A DNA stretch of 64,000 nt from Octopus vulgaris (taxonomy: Eukaryota): the NCBI GenBank assembly GCA_951406725.2, contig OX597820.1:33666001-33730000 (forward strand), in the 5' to 3' direction. Below, one piece after another: positions 11,655 to 25,372 of this stretch. The notes under the pieces were generated by a model. The model did not search any database and had not been told where the DNA came from. It saw only the letters and a list, made by a program, of their open reading frames with translations. Each line of letters begins with the position of its first letter. The first letter of the stretch is position 1. Made by a program: the position numbers and the translations under genes.

Positions 11655-13300
11655 CGGCGGTCCTACGGCGGTAGGAATGTCGCGAAGTATGCACGCCTGA
11701 CGGGTTGGAAGCATGTAGTCGGCGACCTGTACGTAGGCGACCCATGCTAGATATAAAGTCGTCTCCTTGTCGTCCAAGACAGTGATAGGATTCGGTTGCT
11801 GCATGGGTGTCTGAGCAGCTCCATTTGGAGAGGGCACTGCTCACCCGGAGACCGGGAAGATTCTAGAAATAGTGAACCTGTCTTTCTTTATCTAGTCAGT
11901 TTAGCGCGACTGACGAATGTCCACCCTGCACTCGAAAAACAAAGAGGCTTTTTTTTTTAAATCTGGATGGAAATTGAACTTTCATGTTGGAATGTCCGCA
12001 CTCTGCTGTATAGCGAGAGTGATTGTAAACCTGAAAGACGCACTGCACTTGTTGCTCGTGAGCTGAACCGTTATAAAATTGATATAGCTGCACTTTCAGA
12101 GACTCGTATAGAAGATGATGGTCAGCTTGAGGATGTAGGAGGTGAATACATCTTATTTGGGGGGGCTGGAGGCAGAAGGAGGAGCGCAGCGAGGCTGGTG
12201 TTGGCTTTGCAGTTCGATCTGATATCCTTAAGAAGTTGTAGGAGCTTCCTGTTCCTATAAATGAACGTCTAATGACTCTACAATTGCACCTGAAAGGTGG
12301 GCGGTTTGCTACTCTAATAAGTGCCTTTGCACCTACTTTGACTAGTTGTGATGAAGATAAAACTATTTCTCATACACAGCTTAGGAAAATCCTCAATTCT
12401 GATAATGCCATTCTACTAGGGGATTTCAATGCCAGAGTTGAAACAGACTAACAAACATGAAACTCTCCGGGACGTTTTGGTATAGAGAAAATGAATAGCA
12501 TTGGTCTCATGCTACTGGAGCTTTGCAATGAACATGGACTTTACATCGCGAGCACTCATTTTATGCACGAAGGCGGTCACACAACAACGTGGATGCATCC
12601 AAGATCTAAAGTTTAGTACTTGCTGAATTATGTTATCATCCGCAAGCGTGACATCTATGACATTTGTAATATCAAGTCCTTTCATGGATCGGAATGCTGA
12701 ACAGACCACAGTCTGGTGCGAGCAAAGTTCCGGATGATGATTAGAGTGAAAGATAGAAGTGTAAAATCACTACTGCAGCGATCTCTCAGGAAGATGTTGA
12801 ACACTTAGTGGGAGGATCTTACTCGTAATGTTCAGGCTGCAGCTGATGCAAATGACAGCAAGAAGCTTTACCATCATATAAAGCAGATTTATGGACCTAA
12901 GTGCTCTGCATCAGCTCCTTTGCTTTTCAAAGAGTCTTCTTACTCTATTTACTAAATCAACAGAAATCACAGGTCGCTGGATTGAACACTTCTCTAAACA
13001 CACTCCTAAACCATGAGTCAGTTGTAGATGAAACAGTTACTGATACTATGCAACAAAAACCAATCATTGGCTCCTGAAATTCCACGCCCTCAATAGATGA
13101 GGTAATGACACTGATAAGTAAATTGGATCTTGGTAGGGCACCTGGAAACGATGGAATTTGTGCCGGGGTCTTGCGATATGGTGGTAATTACATCATACAG
13201 TTCCTTCATGAACTTATTAGTGTAGTCTGGAGGGATAGCGCAATGCCTAAGGACTGGAAGGATGCAATTATTCTTCCTCTCTATAAAGGAAAAGGAGCCA
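11655..13300 (+). mobile_element. RTE (BovB-like) LINE, 5' part: UTR, AP endonuclease and start of RT; decayed
   Basis: WNVRTLL...RRTALVARELNRYKIDIAALSETR, GDFNARV, TTWMHPRSK, TDHSLV, RAPGNDGICA...PKDWKDAIILPLYKGKG. Truncated at (CA)n(TA)n. Confidence 0.9.
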
Positions 13301-13302
13301 AA

Positions 13303-13370
<68 letters not shown>

Positions 13371-13372
<2 letters not shown>

Positions 13373-16300
13373 CCTCCATTTCCACCCCACTTTCCACTCT
13401 GCTACACCACTCCTACCCATACTCCGTACTACATCCTACCGCCTTATGCGTGCCACCATTCACTCCAATCTCTCCAAAATATACACCATCGACCGTCTTC
13501 TCCCTCTTGCTTTTTCCATCTTCTCCTCTCAGTCGCCCTCCCATGCCAACACCACGTTACGTTACATAATTTATTTAAATCATCTCTTTTATCAATTTCT
13601 CGCTAACACCAAACAACGTAAGCTCCACTCACTCCTCCATTCCATCACACCCGATGTCACTACCCCAACTCCCCCACTACCCCAGTTCCTCCCTGATACG
13701 CTCCCCCACCTTCACCCAAACCCCACGTCCCTCTAAATCCCCACACACATACCCCATCGCCTCCTTCCCAGCCTTCCACCAGTCCCACCACCCCTCCTAC
13801 TTCTACTCTATCCACCGCTCCTACATCTATCCCATCCACCCCTTCTCCACTTCAGTCTGTTGCTACCATTCCTCCAGATCTTCCCCTCTCTGAGGCGGAG
13901 AACTCCCTCCTTAGTAGGGGGTCTCTGCTTCATCCCCCTCACTCCATCCAGCAACGAATTTCGGACTCGTGCTGATATCCACAGCTTTGTGCGCCGTGTT
14001 AGGTTGTGTGCGCTTTCCCGCGGCACTCCACCTGCATCTAATGAGGAGGACTGCTTCACCGACCTGGGCCGCCGACCATCCCTGTGGACGCTAGCTCCTG
14101 GCCAGTTCCAAGCAGTTGATCTTTTTTCGGGCGCCTGCCAGCTCTCTGTGGACCGGTTTAACTTTTCCAGGTGGCCCCGTCATCTAAACATCTCCCCAGC
14201 CGAACTCTCGGCTCTTCCATGTCTCCGACGCCGCACTGACATCATCATAAAATCGGCCGACAAGAGTGGAGCCGTGGTGGTGTGGTGCGCAGACCTCTAC
14301 AAGGCTGAAGCTCTCCGCCAACTTCAAGACACTTCCTTCTACTGCCTTCTGCCCTCTGACTCCACGCCCAGCTACCAACAGACTGTGTCCTCCACTATCC
14401 ATGACCTCATCTCCTCCTCCCGTCTCCCCCACCACCGCCTCCAACCTCATTGTCCGCACCCGTCGCACCCCCACCATTTACTTCCTCCCCAAAATCCACA
14501 AACCTAACAACCCTAGCCGCCCCATCGTCTCCGCCTGCAACTGCCCCACTGAACTCATCTCCCGATATCTTGACCGTGTCCTTGCCCCCCTAGTGGCTTC
14601 CCTCCCGTCTCACATCCATGACACTAACCACGCGTTTCGTTTGTTCACCTCTTTCTCCTTCCCTCCTAGCCCCTCTAAATTCCTCTTCACTCTCGACATC
14701 CAGAGCCTTTACACGGCGATCCCTCACCACGTGGGGCTGCGTGCACTCCAACATTTCCTTGACCTTCGACCTAACCCCCAGTCCGACACATCCACACTCG
14801 TTCGTCTGGCTGAACGTGTCCTCTCACTCAACTGCTTCTTGTTCGCGGGTGATTTCTACCAGCAAATCTCGGGAGTGGCCATAGGAACGAGAATGGGCCC
14901 CCAACTATGCAAACCTGTTCGTTGGCTACGTTGCGGCTCAAATATTCTCAAGTTTCACTGGTCCTACTCCCGAACTATATGGCCATTATATTGACGACTG
15001 TATCAGTGCGACTTCACTCTCCTGCGAACATCTAGACTCCTTCTTCTCTTTTGTCAAATCTTTCTATCCTGCCCTCCACTTCTCCTGCACTATCTCTGAC
15101 ATCTCTGTCTCCTTTCTTGACATTTCGGTCAGCATTCATCACTCCACTCTCACCACCTCCATCCACTAGAAACACACAGACTCACACTCATACCTCAACT
15201 TCTCCTCCTCCCACCCCAAACACATCAAGCTTTCCATCCCCTACTCCCAATTCCTCCGTCTACGCAGGCTCTGTAGTGACGACCATAACTTTAAGACTCA
15301 GTCTCAACTCATGGATCGCAACTTCATCCTACGTGGATATCTCCTCACCACTATCCACACCGCCCTTGCCAGAGCACGTTCCGTGGACCGTGCATCTGCT
15401 CTCTCCCCCCGAACCCACCCCGCCATCTCTCGCCTCTCAATTTCCCCTTCACCTACCACCCCACCACCCTACCTCTCCAACATCGTACATCTTCCCTAAC
15501 CTACCCCTTCCTCCTTCAAATGAGCCCTCAACCTACGAGACCTCTTGGTCCACAGCTTCTTCCCTAACCCAACTTCTCAACCCGGTTCGTTCCTCTACTC
15601 CCGCCCACACTGCCACACTTGCCCTTACCTCTCCAACAACACCTTCCTCACCGGCACCCATCATCGACCCTATCACATCACCGAATATCATCTACTGAAT
15701 CTCCTGCTCTCTCTGCCCTTCTCTATACATCGGGCAAAAGGGACGCCACTTAGCTGACCGGTTTGCGGAACACCTCCGAGACATCCGACTCGGCAATGAC
15801 ACCCCGGTCTCGCGCCATTTCTGCTCTACCGATCACTCTTTGCAACACCTGTCCGTGTTCGGATTGTCCTTGCACAGGGCCATCCGGACTCCCGTTTGCG
15901 TCGTGAACAGGGATTAATCTTCTCTCTTCGCTCCTTTGCGTCACATGGGCTCGTCTCTCCTCTCCTCTTCATCTAACCTACTCTCCTCGCCTCTCTCCCC
16001 CTCACACCTACTTCCTCCCACCTCTCCTCTCCTCTCTTGCTCCGACTCCTACTTCTTCTCTTCACTCCTACTCTCTTTCTCTCTTCTCTTCACTCCTACC
16101 CATCTTCTCCTTCCCCTTCATTGTCACCCCTCCCTCGTAAGCCCACCCCACCCCTACAATTCCAACCCCACCTTCCCTATTCTTCCCCAATCCCTTACAC
16201 CCACTCCCACATACCTCTACCTCCAACCTCTGCCTACCCACATACCCCACCCTCAGCGTAGCCCAAGCCCCACCCTTGCTTTCCCCACTCTCGCCTACCC

Positions 16301-16560
16301 CACTTCCCAACACCATCACACCACACCACACACGCACACGTCAAGATCACCAGCTCTCTTCCACACGCACATACCAACTCTCTTATACACACGCACGCGC
16401 ACCTTCGTTTTTGGATCACCACTACTTTATTATCTCCCCTTCTCCCTAGCTTTCGTGTCCAGCATTCGTTAAAGACATTTTCACTTCCCGAGCGTTATAC
16501 TAATACAGCTGTTTGTTGTCTACACCACCTACCTTCGTCTTTTGTTTTTTGTGAAATCGT

Positions 16561-16562
<2 letters not shown>
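13371..16562 (+). mobile_element. Penelope-like retroelement (RT + C-terminal GIY-YIG, Neptune-like linker), decayed, flanked by (TA)n on both sides
   Basis: IIIKSADKSGAVVVW, YFLPKIHKPNNPSRPIVS, LDIQSLYTAIPH, QQISGVAIGTRMGP, YIDD, IPYSQFLRLRRLCS, CHTCPYL, IIY*ISCSLCPSLYIGQKGRHLADRFAEH. Confidence 0.93.
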
Positions 16563-16648
<86 letters not shown>

Positions 16649-16739
16649 TGCTATCATACATAAATTTGTACATGTGTCTGTATATAAATATGTAAGTGCA
16701 TCTTTTGTATTTGTGTATGAGTAAGCAAAGAAATATCAA

Positions 16740-17015
16740 ATTTCCTTCCCTAGTCAAATTTCTTTCCCTCATTGACCGGTTTCCCGGATTATGTGACGTA
16801 TATATCCTCCACACAGTGACACAGAGACACAGACACACTGGCCGAGGCGTTGATCCGTTACAAGATTATGCATTGTTGCCGGTTGAGAGGGCTGGGGTAA
16901 CATGAAATGAACTGTTGTGTTTTAAGAACACAACACATCACTCGGTTCAGGAATCGAGGCTAAAATCTGACGATCATGTGTTCAACACTCTAATCACTAA
17001 GCCACGCGCTTCCAC
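16740..17015 (-). mobile_element. Decayed tRNA-derived SINE related to family C
   Basis: Reverse complement GGAAGCGCGTGGCTTAGTGATTAGAGTG...CGATTCCTGAACCG. Similar to 29585-29805. Confidence 0.6.
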
Positions 17016-17344
17016 GCATATATAGGCACACACACATATATGCATATGTATATGCGTGTGTGTACAAACGTGTGTGTGTCTGCGCATATTTATAGATACA
17101 CATACGCACGCGCGCAGACGCAGATGCATGCGCATACATGAATAACGTATCCATTATGCATACATCATTATATAGAGTGTCAACGCAAATTTTTGAGGTA
17201 AAATATTTATTGTATATAAAGTGTTATGCAAATCGCTTGAAATTAATTTTCAACGAGGAATGCCTTACTTAATTCATTTTCTCGGTTCGCAAGCTGTTGC
17301 CAATCTAGCTAACATTAGCAAAAAGAAAAAAAAATAATAATAAT

Positions 17345-17561
17345 AATCCTTTCTACTGTAAGTACAAGGCCCGAAATTTTTGGAGGGAGGGGTAAATCGA
17401 TTACATCGATTCCAGTATTTCACTGGTACTTAATTTATCGACCCCCGAAAGGATGAAAGGCAAAGTTGACATCGGCTGAATTTGAACTCAGAACGTAAAA
17501 ACTGACAAAATGCCGCTAAGCATTTTTCCCAGTGTGCTAACGATTCTGCAGGCTTACCACC

Positions 17562-17562
<1 letters not shown>
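17345..17562 (-). mobile_element. tRNA-derived SINE family A
   Basis: CTGGTACTTAATTTATCGACCCCCGAAAGGATGAAAGGCAAAG...TTTGAACTCAGAACG. Confidence 0.85.
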
Positions 17563-17619
<57 letters not shown>

Positions 17620-17648
17620 TGATGATAATAATAATAATAATAATGATG

Positions 17649-17704
<56 letters not shown>
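17563..17704. repeat. (AAT)n/(GAT)n microsatellite
   Basis: Direct read. Confidence 0.97.
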
Positions 17705-17705
<1 letters not shown>

Positions 17706-17779
17706 CGGCTGGACGTGACAGCAGCTGGACGTGTTCTTCGCTGCTCTGGCTGTCAGCAGCTGAAGACACAGAAACACTT

Positions 17780-18800
17780 ATACAACACAGCAGGACAACT
17801 GAAAAATAACTCTAAAAGACTGGAATATCTACGGTTTTCTGTGAATATTTTGAATTTCCCTCAAAATAAGTTAAGGAACTTACATATGTACGGCTTTCGA
17901 ACACAATCAGCTTTAAAACCTTTAATATCTGCACCTTCTGAGAATACCTATCATTTTTCCTTTCCCCCTGAGAATTCGAAAATGTAAGCATCCTCTTTAT
18001 TCCAAGAACACTACAGTTTTTTATGTTAGGACAGACAAAAATTTTTACCTCCCTGTTCTTTTGGTTCCTTTTTTCCTGAATATTCGAAAATGTAAACGTC
18101 CTTTTTATTGTAAAAAAAGTTTTCTCTGAAACTTTAATATCTCCAATTTTGTGTGAACACTTTGTCTTCTCTTCTTCCCTGACTAACAGAATATATAAAC
18201 ATGCCTTTTATTGTAACAACACAATTAAATGCACGATAAAGAAATTAAAGAAGTAAGCACCTGCCAATATACAAACTGCACAACTACAAAAACTGTAAAC
18301 CACAGCAAAACTTTTAAAAAGAAAAGAAAAATTCCAGAAGAAAAAGAAATTCAGAAATTCAAAAATCCAACAAGGTGAACATCTCTTCCTCCTACTATTC
18401 CCAAAGACTGGAATATCTACAATTTCCTGTGATTTGTTTTACTCGCTCTCAAAACAAAATAAGTTAGGAAACTTAAATACCTACAGCTTTCGAACACACA
18501 AACGATCCTCCTTTTTATTCTAAGAACACTGCCATTTCTCTCTGTGCGGTCATACAAAAGAACATATTTAGTAAATCTTAAAACTTTACTATCTACGACT
18601 TTTTTCCTTTTCTTTTTGACTTTCCCTGGGTATTCGAAAATATAAACATCCTTTTAATTGCAAAAGTCCTACTGTATTCTCCAACTGGACAGACACACGA
18701 ACTTAAAAACTTGATATATTATCCAAATAAGTAAACACACTTTTATTGCAACAACACAATTGAATTCAGAAATTCAAAAATTCAACGACGTGAATATCAG
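17780..18800. repeat. Diverged tandem duplication (about 590-bp period) with internal subrepeats of about 100 bp
   Basis: AAAGACTGGAATATCTAC at 17815 and 18402. ATTCGAAAAT(G/A)TAA.C.TCCT..TT recurs at about 17974, 18082 and 18632. Confidence 0.7.
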
Positions 18801-18831
<31 letters not shown>

Positions 18832-19059
18832 TATTGTTTTTTTCTACCCGTAATTACAAATAGAACCGGTTGAGTTGCTTCTTTTCAAGGCAGTGCTCTC
18901 AGCGGCCACTGGTAGTAGTAAATACATTTGACCTCTGCTGACCCAAAAGGTGCGAAGATTCTTTTGTCTCTATGACTGACCTCTCCACCATCTGCCGAAA
19001 GGAGCAGTGGTAGTTTACTTGATGAGAGACATATAGATGATCTAAAAGAAAACAATAAA

Positions 19060-21165
19060 ACTAATAGCAATATGACCGATGAACAAAAGGCAATTTACGA
19101 CAGAATAAAGGTAAGACTACAGGAGAACGATAGAGACATTATTTACAACCTTAAAAAGGTTGATCGATGGAAATTGAACCAAGAAACGTAAAATGTCAAG
19201 GAAATTCTGAAATACATCAGAACAAACAACACCACAGAAACAAATAATTTTATCAAGGTAGCAAGTATTGTTGTAGCAGAAAACGTGGATGTTGAAACAT
19301 AATGGGAGTGACAAAAGAAAAGATCCATGGTGGAAAAGAAGAATTCAGGCAGTGTTAGACATGCTCTCAAAGGAAATCTCTGTGTTAGACCAAAAAGAGA
19401 AAGGGGAGCTTAAAAGCGAACAAAAATACAGTGCTTGAAAAGGAAGTATAATATTGAAAGAAAGGGCCTGAAAGTAGTAGTGGGGGAATTGAAACAGCGC
19501 CTCGTTGCAAAGAAAGCAAAGATGGTAAGATACGACCAAAGAATGAAGGATTACCACTAGAATAGGTTATTCAGAGTAGGTCGGAAGAGATTCTATAAAG
19601 AAACAAATGGAGAGTGTACAGATGAAAAGTTGATACCAGATAACATTGAAAGTCAAAGGTTTTGGAGTGACATCTGGAGCAAAGACAAGGAGCACAAGAA
19701 GGATGCTGAATGGTTGCAAGAACTGAAACAAATAGTAGTCTGTCCAAAACAGGCAGAACTAGTCATTTCGGTTAGGGAAGTGAAGGAAATCTTCAAAAAA
19801 ATTAGCAACTGGAAGTCCCCGGGACCAGATGGAGTTCAAGGCTACTGAATCAAAAGATTTGGTGAATGTCATGCATGAATAGCTGCGCAACTCAACACCT
19901 TGTTAAATTCTGACCAAGTAACACCAGAGTGGTTGACATTGGGTAGGACAGTGCTGTGTAGAAATTAGGAGGGGCATCTTCCAGGGGGACTGCCTGTCCC
20001 CACTGATCTTTGTACCGTGCTTAATACCACTAACACTGATTCTGAGGAAAGCAAAAGCTGGGTATGTATTCAAAATCCACCAACAAAAAGTGAACCATTT
20101 GTTATTCATGGATGACCTCAAACTTTATGGTAAAGATGAATCCCAAGTCAGTTCCCTCGTTGATGCGGTGTATACTTTCAGTGCTTATATCAGAATAGAG
20201 TTCGGACTGAGAAAGTGTGGTGTGTTAGTCTTGAAGAGAGGCAAAATCAAATGTATAGACGGGCTAACGATACCGTCGGTGGAAGTTATGAAGCAGATAG
20301 AAGAGACGGGCTATAAGTACTTGGGGATTTTGGAAATGGATAAATTGATGGAGAAAGAAATGACAGAAAAATTTAAGGTGGAGTAGTTGCGCAGACTGAG
20401 ACTGATCCTTAAGTCGAAATTAAACGGACGGAATAAGATTGAAGTTATCAACAGCTGGGAAGTTTCACTCCTTAGATATGGAGCAGGGGTAATTGCATGG
20501 ACAGTAGACGAACTAAACAGCTTAGACAAAAAGATAAGGAAGTTGCTAACTAGATATGGGTCACTCCACCCAAAAAGTGACACAGACAGACTGTACGCAC
20601 CAAGAAAACGGGGGGGGGGAAGAGGACTTATTGGATGTGAACATAGCATTAGAGCAGAGGAAAACAACATAGCATGGTATGTAAAAAATGTCACAAAACC
20701 GCTGTTATTAGAAGTAAGAAGGCCAGATTTGTGTAGGATGAAAGATTGCAAAGATAAAGCACTATACAAGAAATTGAAAGCGAATGAAACTGAAAATAGG
20801 TGGGTAAAGAAAAGAATGGATGGTCAATTTCATAGAGATGTTGAAGATAAGACAGACAGAGAAAAAAGATGGCTGTGGATGACTAAATGTGATATAAAAC
20901 TGGAGACGGAGGCTCTAATCTATGCTACTCAAGAGCAAGCACTAAGAACATACTACATAAAACACAGAATAGACAACACAGCAGAAAGTGATAAGTGCAG
21001 AATCTGTGGACAAAATGGTGAAACCGTATGACATATTACCAGCCAATGTACGCCACTAGCCCAGAAGGAATAAGAGACACCACGACAATATAGCCGGGCT
21101 TGTCCATTGGACACTTTGCAAAAAGTATGGACTTGACAGAGCAAAACATTGGTACGACCACAAAC
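19060..21165 (+). mobile_element. R4/Dong-like non-LTR retrotransposon (RT + CCHC), decayed with an internal RT deletion
   Basis: NWKSPGPDGVQGY, GIFQGDCLSPL, NHLLFMDDLKLY, YKYLGI, GGRGL, QEQALRT, CRICGQNGETV*HITSQC, RHDN. Confidence 0.9.
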
Positions 21166-21400
21166 CCTCCATTTAGCGGGTGTTGACAGCAAATGGCGCG
21201 CCTGGCCAGTATAACGCGCCCCTTCCATAGAAAGCGGAAAAGTAGGCGCTCCAGTTTGGTCAGATTCGAAGCGGGACGGAGCACGACGGTGAGACAGTAG
21301 TAGATGACGGCTGCGATGTAAGCATTCGCCACCTCTGCCCGACCTTTCAGAGATAGTTTTCTCTCAGTCCATTTCTGGGTGAGATTCAAACGTGGTAAAC
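21166..21400 (-). mobile_element. Tx1/L1-clade LINE fragment (post-RT region)
   Basis: KWTERKLSLKGRAEVANAYIAAVIYY...LERLLFRFLWKG...ICCQHPLNGG. Confidence 0.8.
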
Positions 21401-21419
21401 TGACAGCTAATACCACGAA

Positions 21420-22690
21420 CCAACCTGATCATGATACATCTATCGAGGACCTGGACCAAGAAGGTTTTTATAAGTATCTTGGAATATAGGAAGTGAAAAA
21501 TATTCAACACGGATCAATGAAATAAAAAATCAGGAAAAACGTATTATAGACGTGTTATAATGGTCTTGAATACTGAGCTGAACTCTCGGAATAGAATTGC
21601 AGTTATAAACTCCCATGCGGTACCAGTTATCCAGTATAGCCTATGTCATCAACTGGAATCTGAGTGATCTCTAGCGTATAGACATAAATACTAGGAAACT
21701 TTTTACGCTGAACAAGATACACCACCCAAAATCAGACGTCCACAGGCTCTATCTCCCACGAAAGCAAGGCGGCGGAGGCTTGAAACGTCCGATAAAACGA
21801 CCACGGTAGGACACCAAGAGTACATCCAAAGTAACACCGACTGGATGATACAGCTGGTAAGGCAACACGGACAAAGTAAGAAACTGCACTCAATCTCAAA
21901 GGAGGAATATAAATACAGACGATAGGATAAACTCCTTGATTATGATGATGATAAGGAGGACATACCACCCACTAAGGCAGCAAGAAAGTGTAAAACAAAA
22001 GTCGAACAAGAAAGCTTGAAGGAAATATCAAGACTGTGGAAAGAAAAGCCATTGCATGGGTAATACTCCAAATGAGTTAAGAAAGCTGATGTAGATAGGG
22101 GAAGAACCCATCAGTGGCTGCAGAGTGTTGGTTTGAAAGCTGAAACTGAAGGATTTATCCTAGCAGCCCAAGTTCAATCTCTTCACTCGGAATTATCAAG
22201 CTAATGTCACCGGCAATGAGGTTAGACACAAAGTGTAGATTCTGCAATGACAAACTTGAGGGTATTGACCACATTGTTGTTGGGTGCTCAGACCTTGCCC
22301 ATACAGAATATAAAGCCAGGCATGATCGAGTTGGCCAACACTTGCACTATAGCATATGTTGTCACTATGATATTCTGCACCCTGGTATGAACACCATCCA
22401 GAGCCAGTCACTAAGGGAGAGAATGTTACCAATTAAAGAAAATGTTATCAGTTAACATGCCTGTTAATTGATATGACAATGCCTACTGCTAGAAACACCT
22501 CAGCAAAGGAATTTGAAAAACTATCGAAACCTTAAGATTGGGATATCTAAGACGTGGAAATTATGAACAAAACCATCCCTGTTGTTGTAAGTGCCCTGGG
22601 AATGATCAGGAAAGGTACTGACAATTTTTTGACCAGATCTTTAGGAAACCAACAATCTATGAAACCCAAAAAGTTGTGTTGACATCAGCC
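21420..22690 (+). mobile_element. Second R4/Dong-like LINE 3' part (thumb, CCHC, restriction-like endonuclease), decayed
   Basis: YKYLGI, RLYLPRKQGG, GLKAETEGFILAAQ, CRFCNDKLEGIDHIVVGCSDLAHTEYKARHD, TIPVVVSALG. Confidence 0.88.
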
Positions 22691-22691
22691 A

Positions 22692-23023
22692 TCCACTGGT
22701 ACTTAATTTATCGACCCCGAAAGGATGAAAGGCAAAGTCGACCTCGGCGGAATTTGAATTCAGAACGAAGAAGGGTAGATGTATTGACGAAATACCTATT
22801 TCTTTACTACCCACAAGGAGCTAAACACAGAGAGAACAAACAAGGCCAGACAAACGGATTAAGTCGATTATATCGACCCCAGTGCGTAACTGGTACTTAA
22901 TTTATCGACCCCGAAAGGATGAAAGGCAAAGTCGACCTCGGCGGAATTTGAACTTAGAACGTAGCGACAGACGAAATACTGCTAAGCATTTCGCCCGGCT
23001 ACATTTCTGCCAGCTCGCCGCCT
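22692..23023 (-). mobile_element. tRNA-derived SINE family A, dimeric
   Basis: Two central domains joined by the same GACGAAATACCTATTTCTTTACTACCCACAAGG junction seen at 8010-8050. Confidence 0.88.
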
Positions 23024-23639
23024 TTAGGTTGTAACTATTGTAGGGAATGTCATTAAAAAACTATCACTAAGAACTGAGGCGACAACAGTCACAAACAGAA
23101 TTAGGTTATCGATAAGAATATTCTTGGGTGACAGCTTGTCTGTGCTATTGGTAGTGAATACCTTATCAGACTTATTGGAGAAATGCCAAGGAATCATGTT
23201 ATGCTCTGCAGAGAAGAAAATTAATGTCATTAGCACATTTTCTGTCGGTTACCTGAAACGGTATTCAGGTAATAGATTCTAGTTTACGCTGTGGACAGGT
23301 GCGATAGTTAGAGCGCTGGACGAGATGTCTAGCAGTATTTGTGCTGAATCCTTGCGTTCTAAGTTCAAATCCTATCTTGGCCTTTTTTGCATGGAACATT
23401 TAATCTTTCACCCAGTTTAGCACCATCATCTGGTTCTTAGAATCCACTCCGTTGCAATCATGCAGATCAGGTCTCCAATTTGGATATAATTTCGTCCCTC
23501 TCCTCCCCCTTAGAGATTCGGGGACTTTGTAAAGCGTTGTGAGTACCGTTCTTTCCCTTAATTAATCAACACACACACACACGCATGCACACAAGCACAC
23601 ACACACGCACACACACACACACATATATAGATATATATA

Positions 23640-24713
23640 TTATATAAAATCCGTTGTCTGTCTGTGTGTCTTCTAGGATCTCGGGCATCCTCCATCCGAT
23701 TGCGCTAAAATATTGATATGTAGATACCGACGGTATCAGGACGTGTATAAGTTTTGAAAAAATTACAAAAATCGATGCCAGGTGAGAATGTGATCGATAA
23801 AGCCGTGGGAAAGTGCATTTGTAAAACCGTTTTTCTTGGAATAGAAAAAAGTCTATCTTTATTCCTTCTTTTGCTGGTATCTCAAATTTAGGTTAAATCA
23901 GTGATTCTCAAGGGGGAGGCCTATGTGACGGTCGGACAAGTTGTTTTGAGAAAATTTGGTTTAAATATTTGACAACTCAGCACCATCTATTGGACGGGGG
24001 GAGGGCGTTTTGCTTGTCTATTATATAAAAACCGTTCTGTCTGTCTGTGTGTCTTCTAGGATCTCGGGCATCCTCCATCCGATTGCACTCAAATTTGATA
24101 TGTAGATACCGACGGTATCAGGGCGTGTATAAGTCTTGAAAAAATTACAAAAATCGATTCCAGATGAGAATGCGATCGATAAAGCCGTGGGAACATGCAT
24201 TTGTACGCTCAAGCACATCAGCTATTGCAATCAGCTATTGCGTACGCAAGAAAAATGCACGTACAGTTTGCGCAAAAAAATCATCATGCTTTTCCATCTA
24301 GATTTACCTCCAGCTAACTCATTTGCATGCATCGTTTTTGTCCTGCTTTTCTTCCGTCAACCTGTACATAACTGCACCTTCTATTTTTTGTTGTTTTTGT
24401 ACTGCTTAAAGGCACGTTTTTTTCTTGCCAAGCTTACTGTTTAAACCATGTTTGTGTTCTCCCAGTCAACAGCCTTATCATTACTGGTACTTTAAACTCT
24501 TCGGTTGCATATTTGTGTGAATAAAATCGTTTTTCTTTGGAATAGAAAAAAAGTCTATCTTTATTTCTTCTTTTGCTGGTGTCTCAAATTTAGGTTAAAT
24601 CAGTGTTTCTCAAAGAGGAGGCCTATGTGACGGTCGGACAAGTTGTTTTGAGAAAATTTGGTTTAAATGTTTGACAACTCAGCACCGTCCATTGGACGGG
24701 GGGCGTTTTGCTC

Positions 24714-24715
<2 letters not shown>
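23640..24715 (+). mobile_element. Two head-to-tail non-autonomous Helitron copies
   Basis: 5' ends TATATAAAA..CGTT(C)TGTCTGTCTG at about 23640 and 24020. 3' hairpins CC(G/A)TC(C/T)ATTGGACGG followed by GCT(T/C)GT. Confidence 0.75.
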
Positions 24716-24763
<48 letters not shown>

Positions 24764-24999
24764 CACGGTATTCTTTCAGTTTCAGCAACATTTTTGAAAG
24801 AAACTAGGTAAGCATGGACTATGTTGAGGCTGTTCAGATTGTGATACAAACAAAAGCTATTACTTAGCAACTGGGGCCGGGAGCAGTCTTTGTAACTAAT
24901 ATTTATTTTCACGTAAGCTGCGGTAATCGTCCAGACAAATCATTTTGTATAGACGTTAAGTGCTAAAAAAAAGCACAGATTATATTAGCAGACGAATGT

Positions 25000-25372
25000 T
25001 TACCAACCACATGGTTCTGGGTTCAGTCCCACTGCGTGGTACCTTGGGTAAGTGTCTTCTACTATAGCCTCAGGCCGACCAAAGCCTTGTGAGTGGATTT
25101 GGCAGACGGAAACTGAAAGAAGCCCGTCGTATATATGTATATGTATATGTGTGTGTGTTTGTGTGTCTGTGTTTGCCCCCCCTCCCCAACATCGCTTGAC
25201 AACCGATGCTGGTGTGTTTACGTCCCTGTAACTTAGAGGTTCTGCAAAACAGACCGATAGAATAAGTACCAGGCTTACAAAGAATAAGTCCTGGGGTCGA
25301 TTTGCTCGTCTAAAGGCGGTGCTCAAGCATGGTCGCAGTCAAATGACTGAAACAAGTAAAAAGAATAAAAAA
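25000..25372 (+). mobile_element. tRNA-derived CORE-like SINE family B, 5' truncated
   Basis: GGTTCAGTCCCACTGCGTGG.ACCTTGGG.AAGTGTCTTCTACTATAGCC, an internal microsatellite and an AAAAG tail. It resembles the octopus OR2-type CORE SINE (from memory). Confidence 0.85.

Noticed and set aside
17728-17778. CTGAAGA-CACA-GAAACAC minizyme-like motif
   Set aside because: No stem II, and extra bases between the cleavage triplet and stem I.
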